Both the position numbers and the translations under genes were made by a program. The notes under the pieces were generated by a model. It had not been told where the DNA came from and did no database searches. It saw nothing but the letters and a program-made list of their open reading frames with translations. 64,000 bases of DNA from an uncultured Actinomycetota bacterium (GTDB lineage Bacteria; Actinomycetota; Actinomycetes; Streptosporangiales; Streptosporangiaceae): assembly GCA_963808615.1 (NCBI GenBank), contig CAWEGV010000002.1, positions 55,386-119,385 on the forward strand. Direction: 5' to 3'. This document shows, piece after piece, positions 47,235-57,200 of the stretch; position 1 is the stretch's first letter, and each line of letters opens with the position of its first letter.

Positions 47235-47500
47235 CTAGCCGCTCCCGCGGTCACCATGTCCAGCAGGATGCCGGTGGCGTCCAGCTGGCGGGGGGATGGG
47301 GCCGACCGCCCTGACCGGCAGGTACTGCGGCCCGCCGGGCCAGCCGTGTCCGCCGCCCTCGATCCGGTACACCACCACCGGCGGGCACCCGGGAGCGGAC
47401 CAGCTCAGCCGGGTCACCGGCGGATCCCCGGGCGCAACCCCCCACCGGTGTGCCGCAATCCCCGCAGAAGCGGTCGCCCTCTCCCAAAGACGCACCGCAC
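47235..47500 (-). pseudogene. PHB-depolymerase/LpqC-type esterase, C-terminal fragment
   Basis: VVVYRIEGGGHGWPGG, then after a shift at a C-run, ...LDATGILLDMV. The catalytic N-terminal part is absent. Confidence 0.4.
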
Positions 47501-47857
47501 TGCCCGCACGTCACGAACTCTGCTTACGCTGACGCCCCGATCCTGTCAAGCTTTCGCGCCGTCGGTCATTGCAGGTCTGGCAGGCACTACGAGTCGGCTT
47601 GAGCCGTCTGCCATGTGCTGGCGCCGCGGGAACTGACGGCCGGCTCTTTCCGGAGCCGGGCCGCCGGACCGGGTTGACCGCTTGGGTTCGGATCGGGCCG
47701 AGGTTAGCGTGGTCTGGTGACCGCTGCCCGTATCCGCGGAGCCGCCCTGCCCGACGGCGAGCCCGTCGGCTACGACGCCGGCTCCCGCCTGGACCTGGGC
47801 CAGCTGAATACCCCAAGCGCCGTCATTCTCCGCGGTCGGCTGGTGCGGTGAAGACCG

Positions 47858-48730
47858 ATGCCCTACACGCCTTACACGTATACGAGTCCGGATGATCCCG
47901 GCCGGGAAGACGAGGGCTTGTTCGGTCCCGAGTCGGTGACCTGGCGCGTCATGAACAGCCGGATCATGTGGGCAGCGGTTGTCCGCGCCCTGTACCTGCA
48001 GGCACTGCATCCGCGGGTGATACGTGGCACGTTGCAGAACGCCGCTACCATCACGCAGCCAGTGGATGCCTGGGCCAGGCTGCACCGGACCAGGATGTTC
48101 ATCGAGACGTGCACGTTCGGGACCATCGCCGAGGCGGAACGTGCGGGACGCCGGGTGCGCAAGGTCCACGCGTCGCTCACGGGAACCGACCCCGACGGCA
48201 CGCGGTATCGGGTGGACGAACCCGAGTTGCTGCTGTGGGTGCACTGCGGTGAGGTCGCCTCCTGCGTCGACATAGCCCGGCGAAGCGGACTGCCGTTCTC
48301 CGCCGCGGAACTCGACGCCTTCGTGGACGAGCAGCGCACAAGTGCAGAGCTCATCGGCGTCGACCGCGCGGCAGCGCCCGCCTCGATGGCCGATCTCGAC
48401 GCCTACTACGAGGAGATCAGGCCGAGGTTGTACGTCTGCGACGAGGCGAGACAAGCGCTGCGGCTGACCCTCCATCCTCCGGTGCCCGACGGCAACCGCG
48501 TCCTGAAGCTGGGGCTGCCGCCGGTCAGCGCCCTGGCGTTCTCGGCGCTGCCGCGCTGGGCGCGGCGGATGTACGGCACGCCGAGCGGCCCGCTGAGCGA
48601 CATGGCGGCCACCGCCGGGCTTCGGGCCGCGCACCTGGCGTTCAGTCAGCAGTGGCTGTTCCTGGGCGCCATGCGGGCCATACACCGGGCCGAATGGGCA
48701 GGCGAAGCCAGGCCCGCTAGCGACCGCTAG
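47858..48730 (+). CDS. Oxygenase MpaB family / DUF2236 protein
   Basis: GLFGPESVTWRVMNSRIMWAAVVRALYLQALHPRVIRG...RKVHASLTGTDPDGTRYRVDEPELLLWVH. Confidence 0.8.
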   Translation: MPYTPYTYTSPDDPGREDEGLFGPESVTWRVMNSRIMWAAVVRALYLQALHPRVIRGTLQNAATITQPVDAWARLHRTRMFIETCTFGTIAEAERAGRRVRKVHASLTGTDPDGTRYRVDEPELLLWVHCGEVASCVDIARRSGLPFSAAELDAFVDEQRTSAELIGVDRAAAPASMADLDAYYEEIRPRLYVCDEARQALRLTLHPPVPDGNRVLKLGLPPVSALAFSALPRWARRMYGTPSGPLSDMAATAGLRAAHLAFSQQWLFLGAMRAIHRAEWAGEARPASDR

Positions 48731-48866
48731 GGCGGCGTATCTCATAGATCTTCGTGGCTAGATCCTGAGATGTATCACAGGCGCCGGGCGGTGCTCAGGG
48801 TTAGCAGGGACCTCTACAAGGGCGTCCCACGGGGTCTTTTCAGAAGCATCAGCCGAGGAGGTCGAG

Positions 48867-49304
48867 ATGCAATCCGCGCTTTGTGACCTCAGCAACGGTG
48901 CTGCTCGGGCCGACGCGCTGTTCGCGTCGGCGCTGCAGCGCTCCGATGAGCCCAACGCGAGGCAGGTCGAGCATGCGATCGCCGCGGCCATCGGCGTCCT
49001 GGGCGAACTGGGCTGCGCCGCCCGGGTCGCGCAGGCCTACGGCGAGGACCAGCAGACTGCAGTTACCCGGATGCGCTGGGCGCGTACGGCGGTGGCCGAC
49101 GCCTTCGGCACTGGGCAATCAGAGCCGGCCAGCGGTCCGGGGGTCAGCCAGCACACCATCCCGGGTGGCGCCCCATGGACATCCGGGCGCGGCAGCCTGA
49201 ACCCGCTGGCCCTGGCCAGCTTAGAACTGGGACTTGAGGTCCTCGATCTCGCGTGCTCGCTCGCGCAGCTGGGCGTAGGCGGGCCGCTCGCGGATCCGGG
49301 CTAG
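48867..49304 (+). CDS. Hypothetical protein
   Basis: ATG at 48867 follows GAGGAGG. No recognisable domain. Its 3' end overlaps the convergent gene, so the true stop or extent is uncertain. Confidence 0.4.
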   Translation: MQSALCDLSNGAARADALFASALQRSDEPNARQVEHAIAAAIGVLGELGCAARVAQAYGEDQQTAVTRMRWARTAVADAFGTGQSEPASGPGVSQHTIPGGAPWTSGRGSLNPLALASLELGLEVLDLACSLAQLGVGGPLADPG

Positions 49305-49832
49305 GGCCCAGCGGACGGCCTGCGCCCGGTTGGGCGCGATGCCCGCGGTAATGAGCGTGTCCAGGGTCTCCAGGTCGGCCTGTCCCAGCCGGGCCATCAC
49401 CGGGGTGAGGTCACCCGTCGGCTCGTCCGGCCCGGGAAACCGCAGCATGAACTTGGGGCCCTGGCCCTGGCCTGTGGTGAGCTTGAACCGGTTGGCTTGA
49501 GGCCAGCGCTGCGGGATATCCCGCTGGAGCTGGCGGATCACGTCCCGGTGGGTCCGGTGGAACGCCGCGAGAGAATCCTCCTCGCCTTCCAGCTCGGTCG
49601 CGGATTCGACGGTCACCTCGATCACGACCTGGCCAGGCTCGACCGCCGGGTCGTCGCCGTACTGCAGTACCGCGACGCTGCCAAGCGCACCCTCAGGGAA
49701 CCGCCCCCGGACCTCCTGCTCGATGAGGTCGGTGGTGGCCTGGTCCAGACGCTCCATGGCAGCCTCCTTGATTTCTTCAGAAATCATCGTAACACTCGTT
49801 TCCGAAGTTTCCCAAGAATCGCGATACTTCAC
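49221..49832 (-). CDS. Hypothetical protein with C-terminal ribbon-helix-helix-like segment
   Basis: The C-terminus VMARLGQADLETLDTLITAGIAPNRAQAVRWALARI resembles a CopG/RHH fold. The likely start is MERLDQ at 49757. Confidence 0.55.
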   Translation of the reverse strand: MKYRDSWETSETSVTMISEEIKEAAMERLDQATTDLIEQEVRGRFPEGALGSVAVLQYGDDPAVEPGQVVIEVTVESATELEGEEDSLAAFHRTHRDVIRQLQRDIPQRWPQANRFKLTTGQGQGPKFMLRFPGPDEPTGDLTPVMARLGQADLETLDTLITAGIAPNRAQAVRWALARIRERPAYAQLRERAREIEDLKSQF

Positions 49833-49865
49833 GGAGCCGCCCGGCCAGGGCTTCCGCGGGCGGCC

Positions 49866-50597
49866 TCATATCCCGAGGATGGGCAGCAGGTCGCGTAGGT
49901 CCGTGATCGTGTAGTCGGGCACGCAGTCCAGGTAGGCCTTCTTGCCCTGATCGGAATCGAACATCACGGTCTTCAGGCCGGCTTCCCTGGCCCCGAAGAT
50001 GTCGCGGTACATGTCGTTGCCGACATACAGCGCGTTCTCGGCCGTCACCGCCATCCCGTCGAGCGCGAGCTGGAAGAGCCGCCGGTCAGGCTTGCGGTAT
50101 CCGTGGTCGCCGGACACCACGATCGGGTCGAAGTAGCCGAGCAGGCCGACCCTGTGCAGTTCCCCGCGGGCATACGTGCTCTGCGCATCGGTGACGAGCG
50201 CGAGCGGGTAGCGCTCGCGCAGGGCACCGAGCACCCTGCGGACATGCGGGTACAGGCCCAGCCGGTGGCGCGAGATGCCGCGGCACATCTCGGCCAGGAA
50301 CAGCGGCATCTGCTCGAGCTTCGCAGGAGGCAGGGTGCGGGTGAAGGCCGTCTGGTGCGTCTCGATGATGGTGCGCCAGATGCCCGCGGCGTCGAATTCC
50401 GGATGCTCCTCCGGGCTCGCATGCTGCTGCTCGGACATGATCCGGAAATACAGGTCCCTGACCTGTTCCCGGCACAGGTCTATGCCCTGGTAGGTGAGGA
50501 AGTGGCCCGCGGCGCGGAAGATCTCCTCCGCGCCGTCTTCGGTCAGGATCCTGACCAGGGTGCCGTTCGCGTCGAACGCGACCGCTCGGATGTCCAT
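49866..50597 (-). CDS. HAD family hydrolase
   Basis: AVAFDANGTL (DxDxT-like motif I), ALVTDAQS (motif II), YRKPD, YVGNDMYRDI (motif IV). Confidence 0.85.
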   Translation of the reverse strand: MDIRAVAFDANGTLVRILTEDGAEEIFRAAGHFLTYQGIDLCREQVRDLYFRIMSEQQHASPEEHPEFDAAGIWRTIIETHQTAFTRTLPPAKLEQMPLFLAEMCRGISRHRLGLYPHVRRVLGALRERYPLALVTDAQSTYARGELHRVGLLGYFDPIVVSGDHGYRKPDRRLFQLALDGMAVTAENALYVGNDMYRDIFGAREAGLKTVMFDSDQGKKAYLDCVPDYTITDLRDLLPILGI

Positions 50598-50650
50598 GCT
50601 TGCATCTTGCCGAACGGGACTCGGCAATTGGTAGCACGGGATCCAGGCGC

Positions 50651-51784
50651 TCACGCGGCCTGAAGCAGCCGCTTGGCCTGCCTCACCAGCCTTGCGCCGT
50701 AGTCCTGGCCGATGTAGTCATTCCGGGCGATCCGCAGCAGGTTCAGCGCCATGTAGTACGGCACGCGGGCCGTGATCGACTCGAATGCGGCATAGCGATC
50801 CGGGAAATGACAGCTGTACTCCCAGAGGAAATGCCCGATGAACGGTTCCGCGCGCTGCTTGTCGCCTACGTCGCGCATGAATGCGTGCTGAAGCTCGCCC
50901 GCGACCCGTCCGACGTCGAACATCCGGTCCCCGCGCTTCATGCGTTCCAGGTCGATCGCCGCGACGTCCAGGTCGTCGCCGAACAGGAAGTTCGCCGGGG
51001 TCGCGTCACCGTGCAGCCAGACCTGCTGGTCCTGCCACATCTGCGGTTTGTCCCGCCAGCGGTCGCGCAAGGCGGAGAACTCGTCGATGTCGCACGGCCC
51101 CAGGCGGCGGGTTTTCCTGAGCCTGCCCGCGACCGTATCGAAGTACCTGCAGTCGTCGTCGAAATCGACCTGAGTCCCGTTGGCCGTCCGGTTGTGCTGG
51201 GTGGCGAGGAAGTAGGCGAGCGCCTTCAGCCGCCAGAACAGGTGGGCGTCGTCCTGGTGGCACGTGGCGCGAGCGATGGAGTGGCTGAATTCCTCGCCGG
51301 GATAGTATTCGAGCGCGAGCACGCCGTTGATGTCACGGTTGAAGCCCAGCGGGCGTATCACGTGGTGCGGCGAGCCGATCAGGTGATACCGGCGCAGCGT
51401 CTCGAGCATCTCGTACTCCTGGCGCGCCTTCACCGCCGCCTTGTCCCAGTCGGGCGCGAACCTCGGCCCGTAGAACTTACAGATGATCTTGATGCCGGTG
51501 AACTTCTCCTCATAGGCGTAGACCACGTTGCTGCCGGACAGCCGGAAGGCGCGGAACACCTGCCGCGGCTCGCGCACGTCCATGAGATCGCGGGTGATCT
51601 GGCTGAGGAAGCCGTGCAGTGGATCATGACCCGCGACATAACCGACATATTTCCCGTTCATCGGAAGCCGTTCCTTTCCCCGCTGCGCGGCCCCGGTCAA
51701 GGTCCCCGTTACCTGGTAGTCGCCGCGCCTTAATCTCATGGAGGACCCCGGCCGGCCCCTGATACATAGCTGCGACATACGCAT
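50651..51784 (-). CDS. Aminoglycoside-phosphotransferase-fold kinase (APH/ChoK-like)
   Basis: Catalytic loop WLHGDATPANFLFGD and IDLERMKRGDRMFDVG. 4-nt overlap with the HAD gene. The likely start is MNGKYV at 51661. Confidence 0.75.
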   Translation of the reverse strand: MRMSQLCIRGRPGSSMRLRRGDYQVTGTLTGAAQRGKERLPMNGKYVGYVAGHDPLHGFLSQITRDLMDVREPRQVFRAFRLSGSNVVYAYEEKFTGIKIICKFYGPRFAPDWDKAAVKARQEYEMLETLRRYHLIGSPHHVIRPLGFNRDINGVLALEYYPGEEFSHSIARATCHQDDAHLFWRLKALAYFLATQHNRTANGTQVDFDDDCRYFDTVAGRLRKTRRLGPCDIDEFSALRDRWRDKPQMWQDQQVWLHGDATPANFLFGDDLDVAAIDLERMKRGDRMFDVGRVAGELQHAFMRDVGDKQRAEPFIGHFLWEYSCHFPDRYAAFESITARVPYYMALNLLRIARNDYIGQDYGARLVRQAKRLLQAA

Positions 51785-51817
51785 GGCTCGCCCGGGGGAC
51801 GGCTCGATTTGACATAA

Positions 51818-51833
51818 CCGAACTTATGTTCGA
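51818..51833. promoter_or_regulatory. SOS box upstream of imuA'
   Basis: CCGAACTTATGTTCGA has 1 mismatch to TCGAAC-N4-GTTCGA. It lies 12 nt before the 51845 start. Confidence 0.7.
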
Positions 51834-51844
51834 TCCTTGCCAGG

Positions 51845-52612
51845 ATGGGGAGCGGGTCTGCGGAAATCAGGCGGATGCCGGCCGACCAGCCTGGATCATC
51901 CGCGACCATGGAGATCCCTGCCGGTCATCCTGGTCCTGGTCCTCGCCCCGCCTCCACCCTCGTGGTCCTGGACCCTGCCCGCCAGAGGTGCCCGGGATCC
52001 GATACGTTGCCGGTCCTGCCGGCGCTGCGCGGGCTACTGCCGCGGGACGGCCTTGCTCGCGGGTCGGTGGTGACCGTGGCGGAGTTCGGCATACTGGCCC
52101 TGGCCCTGCTGGCCGCCGCCTCGGCCGCCGGGACCTGGTGCGGGATCGCCGGAATACCCGAGGCCGGCGTGCTGGCCACGGTGGGCCTGGGCCTGGACGC
52201 CGAGCGGACCCTGCTGGTTCCCGATCCGGGGGACGCCTGGCCGCAGGTGGTGGCGTCGCTGCTCGACGGGTGCGAACTGGTCTTGCTGCGGCCGCCCGGG
52301 CGGGCCCCGGCCCAGGTCCGGCAGCGTCTTGAGGCGGTACTCCGGCGCGGCCGGGGCGTGCTGCTCGTGGCCGGGAAATGGCCGGGGGCGCAGGTCCGCC
52401 TCCGGGTGGTCATCCAGGGCTGGACCGGACTCGGTGACGGGCACGGTCGGCTCCGGGCATGCTGCGCTGAGGTGGTGTCGGACGGCCGCGGCGAGGCGGC
52501 CATGACGCGCACCAGCTGGCTCTGGCTACCGGGCGAAGACGGCGGCGTCACCCTGGCGGACCCCGCGAATGTCCCCCCGGGGAAATATCTTCCGCCCGGG
52601 CTGGCCCTGTGA
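51845..52612 (+). CDS. imuA: ImuA'-like SOS mutasome accessory protein
   Basis: Position (SOS box, then this gene, then imuB and dnaE2). RecA-fold remnant LLPRDGLARGSVVTV.....GTWCGIAGIPEAGVLA..GLGLDAERTLLVPDPG. Confidence 0.7.
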   Translation: MGSGSAEIRRMPADQPGSSATMEIPAGHPGPGPRPASTLVVLDPARQRCPGSDTLPVLPALRGLLPRDGLARGSVVTVAEFGILALALLAAASAAGTWCGIAGIPEAGVLATVGLGLDAERTLLVPDPGDAWPQVVASLLDGCELVLLRPPGRAPAQVRQRLEAVLRRGRGVLLVAGKWPGAQVRLRVVIQGWTGLGDGHGRLRACCAEVVSDGRGEAAMTRTSWLWLPGEDGGVTLADPANVPPGKYLPPGLAL

Positions 52613-54129
52613 GGGCACGCCAGCCTGGTGCCCTGATACCGGAAACCCCGCGGATCATGGTCCTGTGCTGCCCGGGGCTGTGCGATTCCGGCGCCCCAAG
52701 CCGTCCCGGCGCCCCAAGCTGTCCCGGCGCCCCAAGCCCGCTGGCCGCGCCCGGGCCGCACGCCGCGAAACTGTTCGAGCAGGTGATCGCGGCGGTGACC
52801 GAGTTCTGCCCCAGGGTGGAGGCGGTGGAGCCCGGCGTGTGCGCGTTCGGCGCCCGCGGGCCCGCGCGTTACTTCGGCGGCGAGATGGCTTTGGCTGGCC
52901 GGATCATCGCCGCGGTGGCGGAACTCGGCGTGGAGTCCCGGGTCGGGGCGGCCGATGGCCTGTTCGCCGCGCTGCTGGCCGCCCGCGGCATCGATCCACC
53001 CCATACCGGTCCGCCCCATGCCGGCTCGCCCCACGCCCGCCGGAGCCCGGTCTTCGTGATACCCCCTGGCCATACGGCGGAGTTCCTGGCGCGGCAACCG
53101 GTGAGCGTCCTGGAAGACCAGGACCTAGCCGGGCTGCTGACCCGGCTCGGCCTGCGTACCTTGGGGGATCTGGCCGCCTTGCCCGCCGGTGACGTGGCCG
53201 GCCGGTTCGGCTCCGCGGGGGAGACCGCGCACCGGCTGGCCAGCGGCCAGGGCTCACGGCCGCTGGCGGCTGCGCCGCCCGCCGAGGACCTGTCCGCGGT
53301 CCGGGAGTTCGACCCGCCGGAGCCGCTGGCCGAGCCGGTGGTGTTCGCGGCCAAGGCGCTCGCCGAGCAGATGCACGACGGCCTGTCGGCCCGCGGGCTG
53401 ACCTGCGTCCGCGTCCAGGTCCAGGCCACCTGGGCGGACGGCCGGGAAAGCCGCAGGCTGTGGCGGCACGACGGGCTGCTGTCCGCGACCGCCCTGGCCG
53501 GCCGGGTCCGCTGGCAGCTCGACGGCTGGCGGGGCGCGGCAGGCGACACGGACACGTCCGGCGGGGGCATCGCGGTGCTCCGGCTGGTGCCGGACCAGGT
53601 GGTCCGCGCCACCGGGCACCAGCTCGCCCTGTGGGGAGAGACCGTGGTCAGCGACCGGGTGGCCCGGGCGGCCATGCGCGTCCAGGCCATGCTCGGGCAC
53701 CAGGCGGTGCTGCGTCCGGTCCCGGGTGGCGGGAGAGATTTCTGCGAGCGGGTCACCCTGGTACCGTTCGGCGAGAAAACAGAGCCCCGCCTGGCCCCGG
53801 GCCCGCCTTGGCCTGGGCGGGTCATGGGTCCGGCGCCTGGCGTGGCGTACCCCTTCGCCCGCGAGGCGGACGTGACCGACGAGGCCGGAGCTCCGGTCAC
53901 CGTGACCGGCCGGTGCATCATGTCAGCCGCGCCAGCCTGGCTGGCGGTCGATGATGACCCGCCGCGGCGGATCACCGGCTGGGCCGGCCCGTGGCCGCTG
54001 TCCGAACGCTGGTGGGATCCGGTCGCCGCGCGGCGGCGGGCCAGGTTCCAGCTCCTGACCGGCGACGGGCGGGCCTGGCTGGCCGCGGTGCAGGACGGCC
54101 GCTGGCTGATCGAGGCCGGCTACTGGTGA
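52609..54129 (+). CDS. imuB: ImuB, Y-family DNA polymerase-like mutasome protein
   Basis: FEQVIAAVTEFCPRVEAVEPGVCAFGARGPARYFGGE...LEDQDLAGLLTRLGLRTLGDLAALP. Start overlaps the imuA' stop. Contains an 18-nt x3 repeat at 52689-52742 (GAPSRP/GAPSCP/GAPSPL). Confidence 0.85.
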   Translation: MRARQPGALIPETPRIMVLCCPGLCDSGAPSRPGAPSCPGAPSPLAAPGPHAAKLFEQVIAAVTEFCPRVEAVEPGVCAFGARGPARYFGGEMALAGRIIAAVAELGVESRVGAADGLFAALLAARGIDPPHTGPPHAGSPHARRSPVFVIPPGHTAEFLARQPVSVLEDQDLAGLLTRLGLRTLGDLAALPAGDVAGRFGSAGETAHRLASGQGSRPLAAAPPAEDLSAVREFDPPEPLAEPVVFAAKALAEQMHDGLSARGLTCVRVQVQATWADGRESRRLWRHDGLLSATALAGRVRWQLDGWRGAAGDTDTSGGGIAVLRLVPDQVVRATGHQLALWGETVVSDRVARAAMRVQAMLGHQAVLRPVPGGGRDFCERVTLVPFGEKTEPRLAPGPPWPGRVMGPAPGVAYPFAREADVTDEAGAPVTVTGRCIMSAAPAWLAVDDDPPRRITGWAGPWPLSERWWDPVAARRRARFQLLTGDGRAWLAAVQDGRWLIEAGYW

Positions 54130-54155
54130 AACACGCCAGGGCGCAGTCCCCGAAC

Positions 54156-54206
54156 CACGTCGTTGTGACAACCACGTGGTCTGGTGCACGTCGTTGTGAC
54201 AACGAC
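54156..54206. promoter_or_regulatory. Two 17-nt direct repeats, each a TGTGACA-centred palindrome, 31 bp apart, upstream of dnaE2
   Basis: CACGTCGTTGTGACAAC at 54156 and 54187. The second extends to the perfect 19-nt palindrome CGTCGTTGT-G-ACAACGACG. Confidence 0.55.
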
Positions 54207-54228
54207 GTCGTTGGATCCGGGGCCAGAG

Positions 54229-57200
54229 GTGGGCTGGGATAACGCGCCGGTCCCGTGGGCCGAGCTCCGGCGCCGCATGTCCTGGCGTGCCGAAGGTCAG
54301 CCGCCCCAGGCCGGGTCCGCTGACCCCGAGGCGCCTCACCATGCCGGGCCCGCCGGTCCCGAGACGGCGACGCCCGTCCCGAGCGAGCCGGTCAGGCGGC
54401 CGGAAGCCGGCCGTGTCCCCTGGGCCGAACTGCACTGCCACTCCGCGTTCAGTTTCCTCGACGGGGCGGCCGCTCCCGGTGAGCTCGTCGCCGAAGCGGC
54501 CCGGCTCGGGCTCGAGACGCTCGCCATCACCGATCACGACGGCATGTACGGGGTTCCGCAGTTCGCCCAGGCCGCCGCCCGGCTCGCCGAGCACGGCGCC
54601 CGGCTCCGCACGGTGTTCGGCGCCGAGCTCAGCCTGCCCCCCGGGTCAGGGGGGTACGGGGGGGCGGGCAGCCCCCCCGTGCGCGGGGGGTCCAGGGGGG
54701 TCGTCCCCCCGGACCAGTCCAGCCACCTGCTGATCCTGGCCCGCGACCCGGAGGGGTACCGCAGGCTGTGCTCTGTGATCAGCGCGGCCCAGCTGGCCGG
54801 CGGGGAAAAGGGACGGCCGGTCTACGACACCGGAGCGCTGGCTAGCGCGCACGACGGCCACTGGGTGGTGCTGACCGGCTGCCGCAAGGGGCAGGTTCCC
54901 GTCGCGCTCGCCGCCGGCGGCCCGGACCCGAAGACCGCGGCCTGGCGGGAGCTGGCCGAGCTGACCGCGATGTTCGGGCACGAGAACGTGATGGTCGAGC
55001 TGAACTGCCGTCACGATCCCGGCGATGACGAACGGAACGACGCGCTGGCCCGGCTCGCGGCGGCCGCGGACGTCGACGTGATCGCGACCGGCAACGTGCA
55101 CTACGCGGTCCCCGGCCAGGCCCGGCTCGGCCAGGCGCTGGCCGCGATCCGGGCCCGGCGGTCCCTGGCGGACCAGGACGGCTGGCTGGACCCGGCGGGC
55201 ACGGCTTACCTGCGCTCAGGCGCGGAGATGGCCGCGCTGCTGCGGCGCTACCCGGGCGTGCTTGAGCGGACCGTCGCGCTGGGACGCGAGTGCGCGTTCG
55301 ATTTCCGCGTGATCGCGCCGAGCCTTCCCGACTTCGGCGTCCCGGCCGGCCACACGGAGGCGTCCTGGCTGCGTGAACTGGTCGCGCGGAAGGCCCCGGC
55401 CCGGTACGGGGCGCCCGGCCGCGAGCGGGTGCCCGGCGCGCATGCGCAGATCGCCAGGGAACTCGACGTCATCGAGCGGCTGAAGTTCCCCGGCTACTTC
55501 CTGATCGTGCACAACATCGTCGAGTTCTGCGAGCACGAAAACATCCTGTGCCAGGGCCGGGGATCGGCGGCCAACTCGGCGGTGTGCTACGCGCTCGGCA
55601 TCACCAACGTCAACCCGGTCTCGCACCACCTGCTGTTCGAGCGGTTCCTTTCCGAGGGCCGGGACGGCCCGCCCGACATCGACCTGGACATCGAGCACCG
55701 GCGCCGGGAGGAGGTCATCCAGTACGTCTACCGCACCTACGGCCGGGAGCGGGCCGCACAGGTCGCCAACGTGATCACCTACCGGCCGCGGCTGGCGCTG
55801 CGGGACGCGGGCCGCGCGCTCGGCTACACCCCGGCCCAGTCGGACGCCTGGGTCCGGCAGATCGGCCCGGGCGCGGCTGCTGACGGCGAGTCGCTGCCGG
55901 CCGATGACCGCGACCCGGACGCGGTTCCCCCGGCCGCGGCCGACCTGGCCGCTCAGATGCAGCGGCTGCCGCGCCACCTCGGCACCCATTCCGGCGGCAT
56001 GGTGATCTGCGACCGGCCGGTGGGGGAGGTCTGCCCGGTGGAATGGGCACGGATGCCCGGCCGCAGCGTGCTGCAGTGGGACAAAGACGACTGCGCCTAC
56101 GCGGGCCTAGTCAAGTTCGACCTGCTCGGCCTGGGCATGCTGGCCGCCCTGCACGACTGCCTTGACCTGGTGAACAAGCACTACGGAGAGCACTGGTCGA
56201 TGTCTTCCATCCCGCAGGAGGATCCGGCCGTCTACCAGATGCTGGCCGAGGCGGACACGGTGGGAGTGTTCCAGGTGGAATCCCGCGCGCAGATGGCGAC
56301 CCTGCCCCGGCTGCGACCTAAGCAGTTCTACGACCTGGTCATCGAGGTGGCGCTGATCAGGCCGGGACCGATCCAGGGCGGCTCGGTCCACCCGTACCTG
56401 CGCCGGCATGACGGCCATGAGCCCGCCACGATGCCACACGAGTCCATGCGCCCTGCGCTCGGCAAGACACTGGGCGTGCCGCTGTTCCAGGAGCAGATGA
56501 TGCAGCTGGCCATCGACTGCGCGGGATTTGATCCCGCCGAGGCTGACCGGCTGCGCCAGGCGATGAGCGCCAAACGGGCTCCCGAGCGGATCGCCGAACT
56601 CCGCCAGCGGCTGCTGGACGGGATGGCCGAGCGCGGCATCAGCGACGCGGTCGCGGAAGACATCTACGTCAAGATCCTCGCCTTCTCCAATTACGGGTTC
56701 CCCGAATCGCACGCGATCAGCTTCGCGTACCTGGTCTACGCCAGCGCGTGGCTGAAGCAGTACTACCCGGCCGCGTTCACCGCCGCCTTGCTGCGCAACC
56801 AGCCGATGGGGTTCTACGCCCCGCACACCCTGATCAACGACGCGCGGCGGCACGGGGTCGTGGTCCTAGGCGTAGACGTGAACGCCAGCGAGGCCCTGGC
56901 CAGCCTCGAAGGCTTCGCGGGTGCCTGCCCGGCCGGCGTCAAGAGACCGGCCATCCGGCCCGGCCTGTCCGGGGTGCGTAACCTGGGCCTCCAGGCGGCC
57001 GAGCGGGTGGCCGCCGGGCGGCCCTACCGGGACCTGGAGGATTTCGCGGCCCGGACCGCGCTGCCGGCCGCCGCGCTCGAGGCGCTTGCCCTGGCCGGGG
57101 CGTTCGGGTGCTTCGGGCTGAGCAGGCGCGCCGCGCTGTGGGCGGCGGGTGCCGCCGCCACGGTGCGCGAGGGGCAGCTGGCCGGCACTACCACCGGGCT

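Noticed and set aside
47094-47636. 180-aa plus-strand ORF with a lipoprotein-like signal (LAGLAGCGSS).
   Set aside because: Only the first 35 residues or so look protein-like. The rest is Arg/Pro-rich and overlaps an esterase fragment on the opposite strand. At most it is an orphan signal-peptide remnant.
48741-48773. Inverted repeat ATCTCATAGATC...GATCCTGAGAT downstream of the MpaB-family gene, considered as a terminator or operator.
   Set aside because: It is imperfect and AT-rich with no U-tract. It could equally be promoter DNA for the 48867 ORF and could not be discriminated from sequence alone.
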